DNA from: an uncultured Bacteroidia bacterium
GTDB lineage: Bacteria; Bacteroidota; Bacteroidia; Bacteroidales; ML635J-15
Assembly: GCA_902791865.1 (NCBI GenBank)
Contig: CADAXK010000001.1
Span: 128,205-192,204 of the forward strand
Length of the DNA stretch: 64,000 nt
Direction of reading: 5' to 3'
Part shown: positions 57,701-64,000 of the stretch, piece by piece
How positions within the stretch are numbered: position 1 is the first letter of the stretch
How the letters are laid out: the number at the start of each line of letters is the position of its first letter
The notes under the pieces: generated by a model
Seen by the model: the letters and a program-made list of their open reading frames with translations, nothing else
Told to the model about the DNA's origin: nothing
Databases searched by the model: none
Made by a program: the position numbers and the translations under genes

Positions 57701-60161
57701 AAGATGTTGCACTTTCTGGGTCATAGTTTGTGCCATCGCTATAAATCCTAATTGTCTGGTTTGTTCCATCAAAAACTAGTGAATTCACTGAAGATACATA
57801 TGAACCAGTATTGTCATCAACAATGAGAGCAACATTTTGTCTTCCATCGTATGAGAAAGGATTGTCAAGCGCAATAGTTGTCCATGCGTCAGCATCGAAA
57901 GTCACGCTACCGCTAAAAACAAGGTCACTGGCAGATACATTAATCCAGTCGTTTGTACCAGTAAATGACTCTTTGTTGGTGGCTACCATATACACATTCA
58001 AATTACGGGTCATAGCCGCTTTTGCATAGAATGAAACAGAAACAATATCTCCTGCCTCATTTCCAATTTCATCATCTGTATATATTTGCTGAGTTAATGA
58101 ATAATTATAGAAAATATAGGTTGGCAAATAATTGTGAACAGCAGTTCCGCTTCCTATCTGCACTTCCGCGCAATCACCGCCGCTGCTATTTGCCTCAAAG
58201 TTAGCCACGAGTGTATGGTTTGCAGATATGCTGCTTATTGTGTAACTTGCACTAGTAGAAACCTGAGAGCCACCTTCTGTCCAATTGACAAAATGATAGC
58301 CACTATTGGGTGTAGCCGTTACAGTTGGCGATGTACCACAGTTGAAAGTACCACCTCCACTAACAGTACCACCAGCACTCGGATTTGCTGAGACGCTGAC
58401 CGTATGAGTATTCTGCGTGTAACGAGCCTCCAGGGTTCGGTTACTGGAAACGGTAAAGGTGTAGCTGGCATTAGTGCTTACCCTGCTGCCGTTCTCATAC
58501 CATCCGTCAAAGGTATAGCAAGTATTAGTAGTTGCCGTTACAGTTGTTGAAGTCCCGCAGTTTTTGGTACCACCGCCACTAACAGAACCTCCAGCACTAG
58601 GATTTGCTGAGACACTGACCGTATGGGTATTCTGCGTGTAACGAGCCTCCAGGGTTCGGTTTCCAGAAACGGTAAAGGTGTAGCTGGCACTAGTGCTTAC
58701 CCTGCTGCCGTTCTCATACCATCCGCTGAAAGTATAGCATGTATTGGTAGTAGCCGAAACAGTACAGCTAGCACCACTACTAAAAGTGCCTCCTCCCGAG
58801 ACGGTACCGCCTGCCGAAGGATTGGCAGAAACACTGACAGTATAATTGGTAGGAGCTACAGAAACAGTCGATATACATACATCATCGATGCCGCAGGTGT
58901 ACCAGGTGCTGGTTTTGTACCAACGGAAGGCGATGCGCTTGCCAGTAGTCGCACCAACGGCAAGGTCTATATCAATATGACCAGGATTAGTACTAGGATT
59001 AGAAACAGTTCCTATCACCTGATACGAATTTGCATCAGTGCCATTGATAACACCATAGGTAAGAGTACCATATGCTGCACTTTCAAAATTGTATCTGAAA
59101 GAAAGATGGGAAACCGCTTTGCCCGCAGGGACAGCGGGCATGATGGCGTAGCTGTATTCGCTAGCGCTTCCGCTGGAATAAAAGCAAATATAATTGCTTG
59201 AGTTGGGGGCTCCAGGAGTAGTGTTACTTGAAGTAGTCACATGGGGCATGTTGGCAGGTGATGTTTCTGTATTGCCATATACCGTGCCAGCATATATGCG
59301 GTTCCATCCCGATGGAAGCACACCGCCAGTGCTATAGCTTCCTGAGCCACTTGTGCTATTGAAGTCCTCGCAGACAGTGGGAGGAGTGTAGGTAAACTTA
59401 ACATTTGCCCGATATCTATCTAAAGTACCAGTTCTTTCCGTTCCCGGGTCGGTTGAACTATCCACATTGTTTCTCCACATTGAATTTTGTACTTCAGTAT
59501 ACCTACACTGTCTAGCACATCCTCCACCAGTTGTACATCCTTTTCCAAATACCATTACAAGTATGGCTTTCCCTGCTTCATGATTAAACCCAGATGAAAA
59601 ATTTAATGTTTTCCATCCTGTAGTAGTTATTGTTTCAGTAGTACTACTATAAACTAATTGTGCTCCTGATTTAAATGTTGAAAATGTAGTTGTGCTGGAC
59701 AAAGTATAACTTGCATCTACATCTTTTATCCATATATTCCACTCTGCAACACTAGTACTAGAATTAATATTAGTAATATCATATGCTATACTCGTCAGTA
59801 TTATATCGTTATTTAATTCAGCGGCATCACTAGGTGTATATAAATATACATCATATTGCCATCCATACCAGCCAGGCAATGGAGTATAATAAGTTGACGT
59901 ACCAGAACCTATTGTAAATGCATTTTGCCCAAATGCCTTTCCTCCCAACAGCAAACAAAAAACAAACAACAATACTGCTGTTGTAAGCCCTACGAACTTT
60001 GTTTTTATGTTTTCGCTCTGGAATGTCGATTTTTTAATAATGAATGGTATAAAATTATCATCATTCTTTGTCATCATGCCATAGGTTTTGCAACCCATAG
60101 GAACATCCAAATGTGCTATATAATGGTACTTCTCGCCATATTTTACTGATAATGACCTCAT
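51729..60161 (-). CDS. Giant (2810 aa) T9SS-secreted multi-domain surface protein (adhesin-like)
   Basis: One continuous ORF. A hydrophobic signal-like segment (LTTAVLLFVFCLLLGGKAFGQ) lies about 60 aa from the first ATG. It contains 3 x 73-aa InlB-B-like repeats (TVSVSANPSAGG...GY.F..W), MAM / choice-of-anchor-J-like modules and a pre-peptidase-C-like module. It also has 6 near-identical plus 2 divergent 90-aa Ig-like repeats. The type-A T9SS CTD is YPNPFNGELTLVLD...YNVRVST. A -7 box lies at 60199-60206. Confidence 0.8.
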   Translation of the reverse strand: MRSLSVKYGEKYHYIAHLDVPMGCKTYGMMTKNDDNFIPFIIKKSTFQSENIKTKFVGLTTAVLLFVFCLLLGGKAFGQNAFTIGSGTSTYYTPLPGWYGWQYDVYLYTPSDAAELNNDIILTSIAYDITNINSSTSVAEWNIWIKDVDASYTLSSTTTFSTFKSGAQLVYSSTTETITTTGWKTLNFSSGFNHEAGKAILVMVFGKGCTTGGGCARQCRYTEVQNSMWRNNVDSSTDPGTERTGTLDRYRANVKFTYTPPTVCEDFNSTSGSGSYSTGGVLPSGWNRIYAGTVYGNTETSPANMPHVTTSSNTTPGAPNSSNYICFYSSGSASEYSYAIMPAVPAGKAVSHLSFRYNFESAAYGTLTYGVINGTDANSYQVIGTVSNPSTNPGHIDIDLAVGATTGKRIAFRWYKTSTWYTCGIDDVCISTVSVAPTNYTVSVSANPSAGGTVSGGGTFSSGASCTVSATTNTCYTFSGWYENGSRVSTSASYTFTVSGNRTLEARYTQNTHTVSVSANPSAGGSVSGGGTKNCGTSTTVTATTNTCYTFDGWYENGSRVSTNASYTFTVSSNRTLEARYTQNTHTVSVSANPSAGGTVSGGGTFNCGTSPTVTATPNSGYHFVNWTEGGSQVSTSASYTISSISANHTLVANFEANSSGGDCAEVQIGSGTAVHNYLPTYIFYNYSLTQQIYTDDEIGNEAGDIVSVSFYAKAAMTRNLNVYMVATNKESFTGTNDWINVSASDLVFSGSVTFDADAWTTIALDNPFSYDGRQNVALIVDDNTGSYVSSVNSLVFDGTNQTIRIYSDGTNYDPESATSYTGTIMNVKNQIKFCIVPAVSVPDDFCVDFESGSMPVGWTSEGSGSAYWSVGIGDSNTSTGANTGSYNARITHSTSGNVTYLVSPEMDLSNVSSASLTFSYVNRSWAGDIDEIAVCYRVNGGTWTELFSTTSAHSSWTEQSVTLTGFAANYQIGFKFTDHYGYGVGLDDICFTFEGGASSSCGIIVYYDDFGGNDVQDERYAGPHKLADPDHNYTSGGGIIPATWTHAGDYTRCNYVNHYQYTSSQDFGDCRHHGNSNCTTSYTKVYAINKNTYHDASSNGWVMNKSDHTFADDVTRGYMFQADGTGDFYVKTITDVPAGDYRLSAWFMDVSSGGKCTLSVSGTTVSGSPTSGEQLLGSQGEWVQRYCDFTLTAQGSITITLYGSDDFACDDILVASRNNAPPTISMSLDHDCNEYPMVECLTYHYGTGDYNDGDGFSFTAQNENGCENTVERDATWRYYHIYYDYGINCNGESDYEVQDVPMWSCNPATVNVRPPVACSNKCFMRWATRANGGGSSYLPGDEITVGSNIYLYAIYDVCPNPCSDVTVMTCGQTYSGTLGRIGAWDSYPNVRDWTYDEVGEEKVYSFTPAVTGTYSFYGTTNDGDADFFLLSSCDNEGTEITHWDDAVFDDVSVSLSAGTTYYLIVDNYYGTSTSEYEVYVSLSSIANVTASASIVCNGSQVTLTAPSGGTTYTWTPSGSGSSAVVTPTVTANTTYRVTVWSGSSCSASSSVLVNVYNTITATASASRANYCQSETPSLTASVTSSNNNSPVTYQWYTAANAGSAISGATSATYTGGSRTAGSHTYYVRVSDGCTTTDFLRVDYNVYNTITATASASRANYCQSETPSLTASVTSSNNNSPVTYQWYTAANAGSAISGATSATYTGGSRTAGSHTYYVRVSDGCTTTDFLRVDYNVYNSITATASASRANYCQSETPSLTASVTSSNNSSPVTYQWYTAANAGSAISGATSATYTGGSRTAGSHTYYVRVSDGCTTTDFLRVDYNVYNSITATASASRANYCQSETPSLTASVTSSNNNSPVTYQWYTAANAGSAISGATSATYTGGSRTAGSHTYYVRVSDGCTTTDFIRVDYNVYNTITATASASRANYCQSETPSLTASVTSSNNNSPVTYQWYTAANAGNAISGATSATYTGGSRTAGSHTYYVRVSDGCTTTDFIRVDYNVYNTITATASASRANYCQSETPSLTASVTSSNNNSPVTYQWYTAANAGSAISGATSATYTGGSRTAGSHTYYVRVSDGCTTTDFLRVDYNVYGDLVSSAIANANDYCLNATATALSTTPSSGSGSYNYQWQYSTNGSTWNNTGSNSSSFTPPTTSTGTIYYRVIVSDNCSSVTMSSVQITVNDKPAVSAISAPDAICVGESLDLTAPTVIPNGSSILAEGWEISPSQNGTYTPFTNSNIQQDLDGYYIRYSATNGCGTTANAGVQITVNHPDISITSTCDYVWRGGTSNWNIASNWYEYNNGTYSIASELPSEAKNYYIAIGGSGTCLQDVQQAYMNSDATVNNIEVAPGAELHIMENVTLRLAGSIINNGTFVADNTSIIELNGANDQTLSSAMEFGNVTFAQVVDGKKIFAPHGITVNGVAAFTKGVIVGDMNFVSGATASEASLLSHVDGAVTKAFGSSAFTFPTGNGHTLGTIAVPATRSGGSATVRYRNVAGTNDLPSDYPRWWNANDNCDGNDPQFDHVSNIEFWNVSSNVALNNVTLMVSSAEVTDHFGAGATSYDDEDIFGAMWLGSCWKNIGGPGTVENGNTKISVNVSIRATRSSSNHYVTLGSKTPSTLLPIELVSFNAICDGKSVLVEWTTATERNNDYFVIEQSDDAINFTEIARVAGAGNSIEPLDYSYTDYGFHGGDNYYRLVQVDYDGSRTVSEIIVAACEEPEVGEPDVQAYPNPFNGELTLVLDNFENRPARIEVYDMLGKLIMFEKVDAPQNSYETILNLYNLPPAAYNVRVSTTDFVINRQVVKN
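53871..55490. repeat. Six tandem 270-bp repeats (90-aa Ig-like units) inside the giant gene
   Basis: The unit boundary motif gta[ga]acgttgta[ga]tcgac recurs at 53871, 54141, 54411, 54681, 54951, 55221 and 55491, an exact 270-bp period. Confidence 0.95.
58180..58842. repeat. Three tandem 219-bp repeats (73-aa InlB-B-like units) inside the giant gene
   Basis: The phase markers gacc/gaca-gta occur at 58398, 58617 and 58836. The first two units are nearly identical at the DNA level and the third is more divergent. Confidence 0.85.
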
Positions 60162-60198
60162 AATACAAACCTTAATTTTAATAAATTAAAACTTGCTA

Positions 60199-60206
60199 CA
60201 AATATA
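60199..60206 (-). promoter_or_regulatory. -7 promoter box (TATATTTG on the minus strand) for the giant gene
   Basis: Exact TAnnTTTG match. The ATG at 60161 is the first ATG downstream of the predicted transcription start. Confidence 0.5.
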
Positions 60207-60370
60207 AAAATAATACCAAAAGCAAAATAGGCCGCACAGAATATATTATATAAACATATTTAATTATTAGACGAAATAACATACTACCACAACAAAACAG
60301 CACAAATAAACCAAAAGCCAAATCATTAGACTATATATACATATTTGTACATAGATGTATCTGTTAACAC

Positions 60371-60399
60371 AAAAAAAACGTCCGAGCATAGCCCGAACG
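60371..60399 (-). terminator. Rho-independent terminator after the 60427 lipoprotein gene
   Basis: On the minus strand: CGTTCGGGC-tat-GCTCGGACG (9 bp including G-U pairs) followed by TTTTTTTT. Confidence 0.65.
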
Positions 60400-60426
60400 C
60401 TTACATATAATCTGGTTATAATTATC

Positions 60427-61605
60427 CTATCGACATACTGCCCGCACAAGAAGTCCCCTAGCACGAGAGCTAACATTCACGTATGAATTTTCGGGACTGA
60501 CAATAAGGCTGTACGCCATATATGGTTCGTTGGCTGTATAGAGCGTACTTGTCCAATAATAACATGTACTGGCATCATACACAATTTCCATATCGCGATA
60601 ACCATTTGCAGGCAGGAAAATGCTGTTTCCATTAGGTCCTGTAAACTTGTATCCTGCTACTCCGCCCTGCGTTACAGCCGCACGAGTGCAATTGTCAAAT
60701 AGTTCATCCATCTCATTGCGCGTTGGTGTACGCCAACCTGCGCCCCAGTTTGATGTTGCTGCATCGTCAACAGACTCGAGTGTGGTCAAATTGTCAACAT
60801 GACCGTTGATACCATAATATGACACATTGCAATATTTGGTCAATTCAACATAAGAACCGTTGCAATACTTATAATTAGTCCAAAAATAACTATACTTGGA
60901 AGCAGTTTCGCCCCAAGCAACTGGTTCTCCGTGACCTTCCGGGACTGTTGCTCCGACATTGCAGGTAGCCCACTTGGTGCCGCTCGGCAAACCAAGGTCA
61001 ATATATGCATGTCCGTTCAACTGTCCTTCGCCCTGCGTGCCTCCATTTGATGACCATTGCGCATACAAAGTCATGCTTTCGTAAATTACTATATCCTGCT
61101 CATCGTAGTAATGCAAGCCAGAGCCATCGGCAATTGTATTCCATTTTACAAAAGTGTAGCCTTCGCGTGTGAAAGCATTGGCTGTCAACTCCTGTCTTAC
61201 TCCGCTTTGGAAGGTCTGAGGTTGCATAGTGCCTGTTCCTCCATTGGCATCAAATGTAACGACAAATGTATTTCCTGTTGTATCACTTGGATGCAAAATG
61301 CTATCGGCAGTCCACTGAGCATATAGCGTCATATCGTTGCTAACACTTATTTCCTGACCATCCATGTACCTTACACCAGTTCCATCTGGTATGGTATTCC
61401 ACTCCGCAAAGCCATAACCTTCACGAGTAAATTTGTTAAGTGTAAGCGCTTTATTTACACTTCCTGTAAATGTCTGCGGATCCATTACTCCAGTTCCGCC
61501 ATTAGCATCGAAAGTTATAGTATAGGTATCACCAAAATCACATCCACTTAATGCCAGCATTCCCGCTACGGAAACGATAGCAAAAAGAATTAAAAATTTT
61601 CTCAT
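60427..61605 (-). CDS. Lipoprotein with two Listeria-Bacteroides (InlB-B type) repeats and a C-terminal DUF1566/FISUMP-like domain
   Basis: The lipobox is LALSGC. There are two repeats of the form TFDANGGTG...FTREGY.F..WNT..DG.G..Y......I.....TLYAQW. The C-terminal part (GTKWATCNVGA...GWRTPTRNEMDELF...YYWTSTL...GLLVRAV) resembles the Fibrobacter-paralogous / DUF1566 class. The start is set to the ATG at 61605. Confidence 0.6.
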   Translation of the reverse strand: MRKFLILFAIVSVAGMLALSGCDFGDTYTITFDANGGTGVMDPQTFTGSVNKALTLNKFTREGYGFAEWNTIPDGTGVRYMDGQEISVSNDMTLYAQWTADSILHPSDTTGNTFVVTFDANGGTGTMQPQTFQSGVRQELTANAFTREGYTFVKWNTIADGSGLHYYDEQDIVIYESMTLYAQWSSNGGTQGEGQLNGHAYIDLGLPSGTKWATCNVGATVPEGHGEPVAWGETASKYSYFWTNYKYCNGSYVELTKYCNVSYYGINGHVDNLTTLESVDDAATSNWGAGWRTPTRNEMDELFDNCTRAAVTQGGVAGYKFTGPNGNSIFLPANGYRDMEIVYDASTCYYWTSTLYTANEPYMAYSLIVSPENSYVNVSSRARGLLVRAVCR

Positions 61606-61620
61606 ATTATTCAAATTATT

Positions 61621-61648
61621 GTAGAGATGTTGCACGCAACATCTCTAC
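61621..61648. repeat. Perfect 12-bp-stem palindrome of the GTTGC..GCAAC family
   Basis: GTAGAGATGTTG-cacg-CAACATCTCTAC. It shares the GTTGCnnGCAAC core and the CTCTAC flank with the copies at 46082-46136, with covarying stem positions (TC/GA versus AT/AT). Confidence 0.8.
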
Positions 61649-61679
61649 ATATTATTATCAATTAATTGTACATTATTAA

Positions 61680-63845
61680 TTAGCGTCTTATGTCCATTTC
61701 CTTTATCAGGTTCTGAGCATCGGCATACTTGTCGATGATGAACAAAGCATACCTTACATCCAAGCAGATGCACCTCTGCAAGTTTTCCTCGAAGTCGATG
61801 TCGCCCGACATAGCCTCGCTGTTGCCGTCGAATGCAAGACCGATAAGTTCACCGTTGCCGTTGATAACTGGGCTGCCCGAATTACCGCCGGTAATATCGT
61901 TGTTGGTAATGAAGCAAGTTGGAACATCACCATTTTTGTTTACATAATTGCCAAAATTCTTATCCTTGTAAAGCTGTTTCAACTTTTCGGGGACAATAAA
62001 TTCGTAGCTGTTAGGATTTTCCTTTTCCATTACGCCCTTCAAGGTTGTGTAGTAATCGTAGAAAACACCATCACGCGGTTCGTAGCTCTTTACATTTCCG
62101 TATGTCATTCTTATAGTCGAGTTTGCATCGGGAGCAAAATTCTTGTCCTTGTTCATGGCAAGTATTCCTTCGATGAATATACGGTTATTCTTTCCCAAAT
62201 CAGCAGAAAGGTCGTTGTACTCGTAGGCAACTTTTCTATATACGTCAATTATGTCGTCACCGATCTTTAATATAGGATCATTTGTGAATGCAGATTCGGT
62301 CGGCTTGTCGAGAAATGCATTGAACTTGGCTTCGGTTGTGAAAATTGACTTGTTTAAAGCATCGTCAACATATTTTTCAACATTGCCTTTGTACTTGGTC
62401 TGTATTGTCTTAAAAAATTCAGGGAAATACTTCGGATCCATTTCATTGTAAACCTTGCGATACAATGCCTTCATAAGCGCACGTTCTGTTTCCGGATCAT
62501 AATCCTTGTAGAAAGCTGCTGCCGGTTCTCTCAAATCGCTTGCGGCAGATGTTATTTCTCCAATCTGCTTTGTAGCAAAGGCAGAAGCCAACGACTTGCA
62601 ACGGAATGCGAAGTAAGGAAGTTCGGAACCTTGAAGTCCCTCATTATTATACATTACTGCCTCGGCCTGACTTCTTCTCGACTGGTAAATCTTCTGAAGA
62701 GCATTCAAAGCATCGCGATACTTCGATTCGCCCTTTGCATCAGCCCACTTGCACAAATCAGATTCGATGTTCTTCTTGATTTCCATAGTATTGAGGTGTG
62801 CCAATGCCTTGTTCTGCTCGTTTGAATACTTCCAATAATTTGAACATGAAGCATATTTCGAAGCGTACTGAATCTTCACCTTCGGGTCGGCATTCATTTT
62901 TTCACGCAATACATTTACCTTCACGTCCCTGATTTCGTAACGCAACTTGTTTGTAACCTGCATAACTTCCTCAAGTCCGAACGATGTGACATAGCGGTTT
63001 GTTGTTCCTGGGAATCCCATAATCATTGCGAAATCGCCATCCTCTACCCCTTTTGCACTAACAGGCAAAAAATGTTTCGGTTTAAGCGGAACATTCTTCT
63101 TGGAATATGCTGCTGGCGAACCATCGGGTGCTGTATAAATCCTGAACATCGAGAAGTCGGCTGTGTGACGAGGCCACATCCAGTTGTCGGTATCGCCACC
63201 AAACTTACCCATAGATGATGGAGGAGCACCAACAAGACGAACATCCTGATATATAACATATACCAACAAGAAATACTGGTTTCCACCAAACATATCCTTT
63301 ACCTGGGCCTTGTAATTGGTTCCTTCTACAGCCTTGTCAATTATAGTCTTGGATACATTCTTGATAGCAAGGCTACGGTCACGTTCGGTCATGTCCTTTG
63401 TAAACGACTTTTCAACTTCTGCTGTAACATCCTCTATCCTAACGAGTATCGATGCGGTAATACCAGGATTCGAAAGTTCCTCTGACTTCGAATAAGCCCA
63501 GAAACCATCCTTCAAATAGTCGTGATCTACTGTAGAATGGGTCTGAATCATTGAATATCCGCAGTGGTGGTTGGTGAACATAAGGCCTTCGCCCGAAACG
63601 ATTTCGCCCGTGCAGAAATGCCAGAAAGGAGAACCTTCCCTACCCAAACCTACAACTGCATCCTTAATACAGCCCTTGTTTACACTATATATATCTTCAG
63701 GAGTTAACTTAAATCCCTGCTTCTTCATATCATCGTAGTTCTTGCCGATCATCGACAATAGCCACATACCTTCGTCTGCCCTTGCTGTCATTCCAAAAAC
63801 AAGAACAAACACAAATAAAATTGCTGTAATTTTCTTCATAAACAT
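61680..63845 (-). CDS. S46-family dipeptidyl-peptidase (DPP7/DPP11 type)
   Basis: The signal peptide ends in ARADEGMWLL, the family N-terminus. The catalytic His context is TNHHCG and the catalytic Ser context is TGGNSGSPVING. The start could instead be the ATG at 63839. Confidence 0.85.
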   Translation of the reverse strand: MFMKKITAILFVFVLVFGMTARADEGMWLLSMIGKNYDDMKKQGFKLTPEDIYSVNKGCIKDAVVGLGREGSPFWHFCTGEIVSGEGLMFTNHHCGYSMIQTHSTVDHDYLKDGFWAYSKSEELSNPGITASILVRIEDVTAEVEKSFTKDMTERDRSLAIKNVSKTIIDKAVEGTNYKAQVKDMFGGNQYFLLVYVIYQDVRLVGAPPSSMGKFGGDTDNWMWPRHTADFSMFRIYTAPDGSPAAYSKKNVPLKPKHFLPVSAKGVEDGDFAMIMGFPGTTNRYVTSFGLEEVMQVTNKLRYEIRDVKVNVLREKMNADPKVKIQYASKYASCSNYWKYSNEQNKALAHLNTMEIKKNIESDLCKWADAKGESKYRDALNALQKIYQSRRSQAEAVMYNNEGLQGSELPYFAFRCKSLASAFATKQIGEITSAASDLREPAAAFYKDYDPETERALMKALYRKVYNEMDPKYFPEFFKTIQTKYKGNVEKYVDDALNKSIFTTEAKFNAFLDKPTESAFTNDPILKIGDDIIDVYRKVAYEYNDLSADLGKNNRIFIEGILAMNKDKNFAPDANSTIRMTYGNVKSYEPRDGVFYDYYTTLKGVMEKENPNSYEFIVPEKLKQLYKDKNFGNYVNKNGDVPTCFITNNDITGGNSGSPVINGNGELIGLAFDGNSEAMSGDIDFEENLQRCICLDVRYALFIIDKYADAQNLIKEMDIRR

Positions 63846-63868
63846 ATTATATTTAACTTTTTGACATT

Positions 63869-64000
63869 TTACTTCTTATAATTTTCCAAACCTTCGTTCA
63901 GGAAAGCAATAAATTCCTCAGCATTAGTATTGTACGACATCGGCTTTGTAAGCACCTTTCCTTCGGGACTTACAACCACATAGAATGGCTGTGTATTGCA
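63869..64000 (-). CDS. C-terminal end of a thioredoxin-fold (DsbD/TlpA-like) protein; the N-terminus is outside the window
   Basis: Edge-truncated. Own translation gives ...NTQPFYVVVSPEGKVLTKPMSYNTNAEEFIAFLNEGLENYKK*, which resembles the C-termini of Bacteroidota thioredoxin-family proteins. This is a weak call from only 43 aa. Confidence 0.4.
   Translation of the reverse strand, partial: CNTQPFYVVVSPEGKVLTKPMSYNTNAEEFIAFLNEGLENYKK

Overview
A 64-kb chromosomal segment from a Bacteroidota genome, probably Bacteroidales-like. The assignment rests on Bacteroidota-type TAnnTTTG -7 promoter boxes, T9SS genes and the rpmB-rpmG-DUF4295-ftsY synteny. About 46 protein-coding genes are supported. Housekeeping genes include rarA (partial), murF, ttcA-like, fba, ftsY, rpmB, rpmG, cysS, zapA, rny and ybeY. 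A T9SS/gliding core block (gldJ, porP/sprF-like, porU) is present, along with several secreted peptidases: S1-like, C10, C69, S41 and S46. Amino-acid and peptide metabolism is represented by rocD, cstA and a YfcC-type transporter. One giant 2810-aa T9SS cargo protein contains six 270-bp tandem repeats. I found no rRNA, tRNA, CRISPR array, transposase or integrase. The most unusual region is the 1.5-kb gene-free interval 26.43-27.93 kb. It holds about nine same-strand mini transcription units (a -7 box, a 45-90 nt structured segment, then a hairpin plus T-run). These include two duplicated families, one of which shows a compensatory base-pair change, so I read it as a cluster of unannotated small RNA genes. 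A 6S RNA candidate lies between zapA and rny. Many intergenic regions carry degenerate 7- or 8-bp-period tandem arrays, and a small family of GTTGC..GCAAC palindromes is also present. All calls come from reading the sequence and the ORF track; no database search was run.
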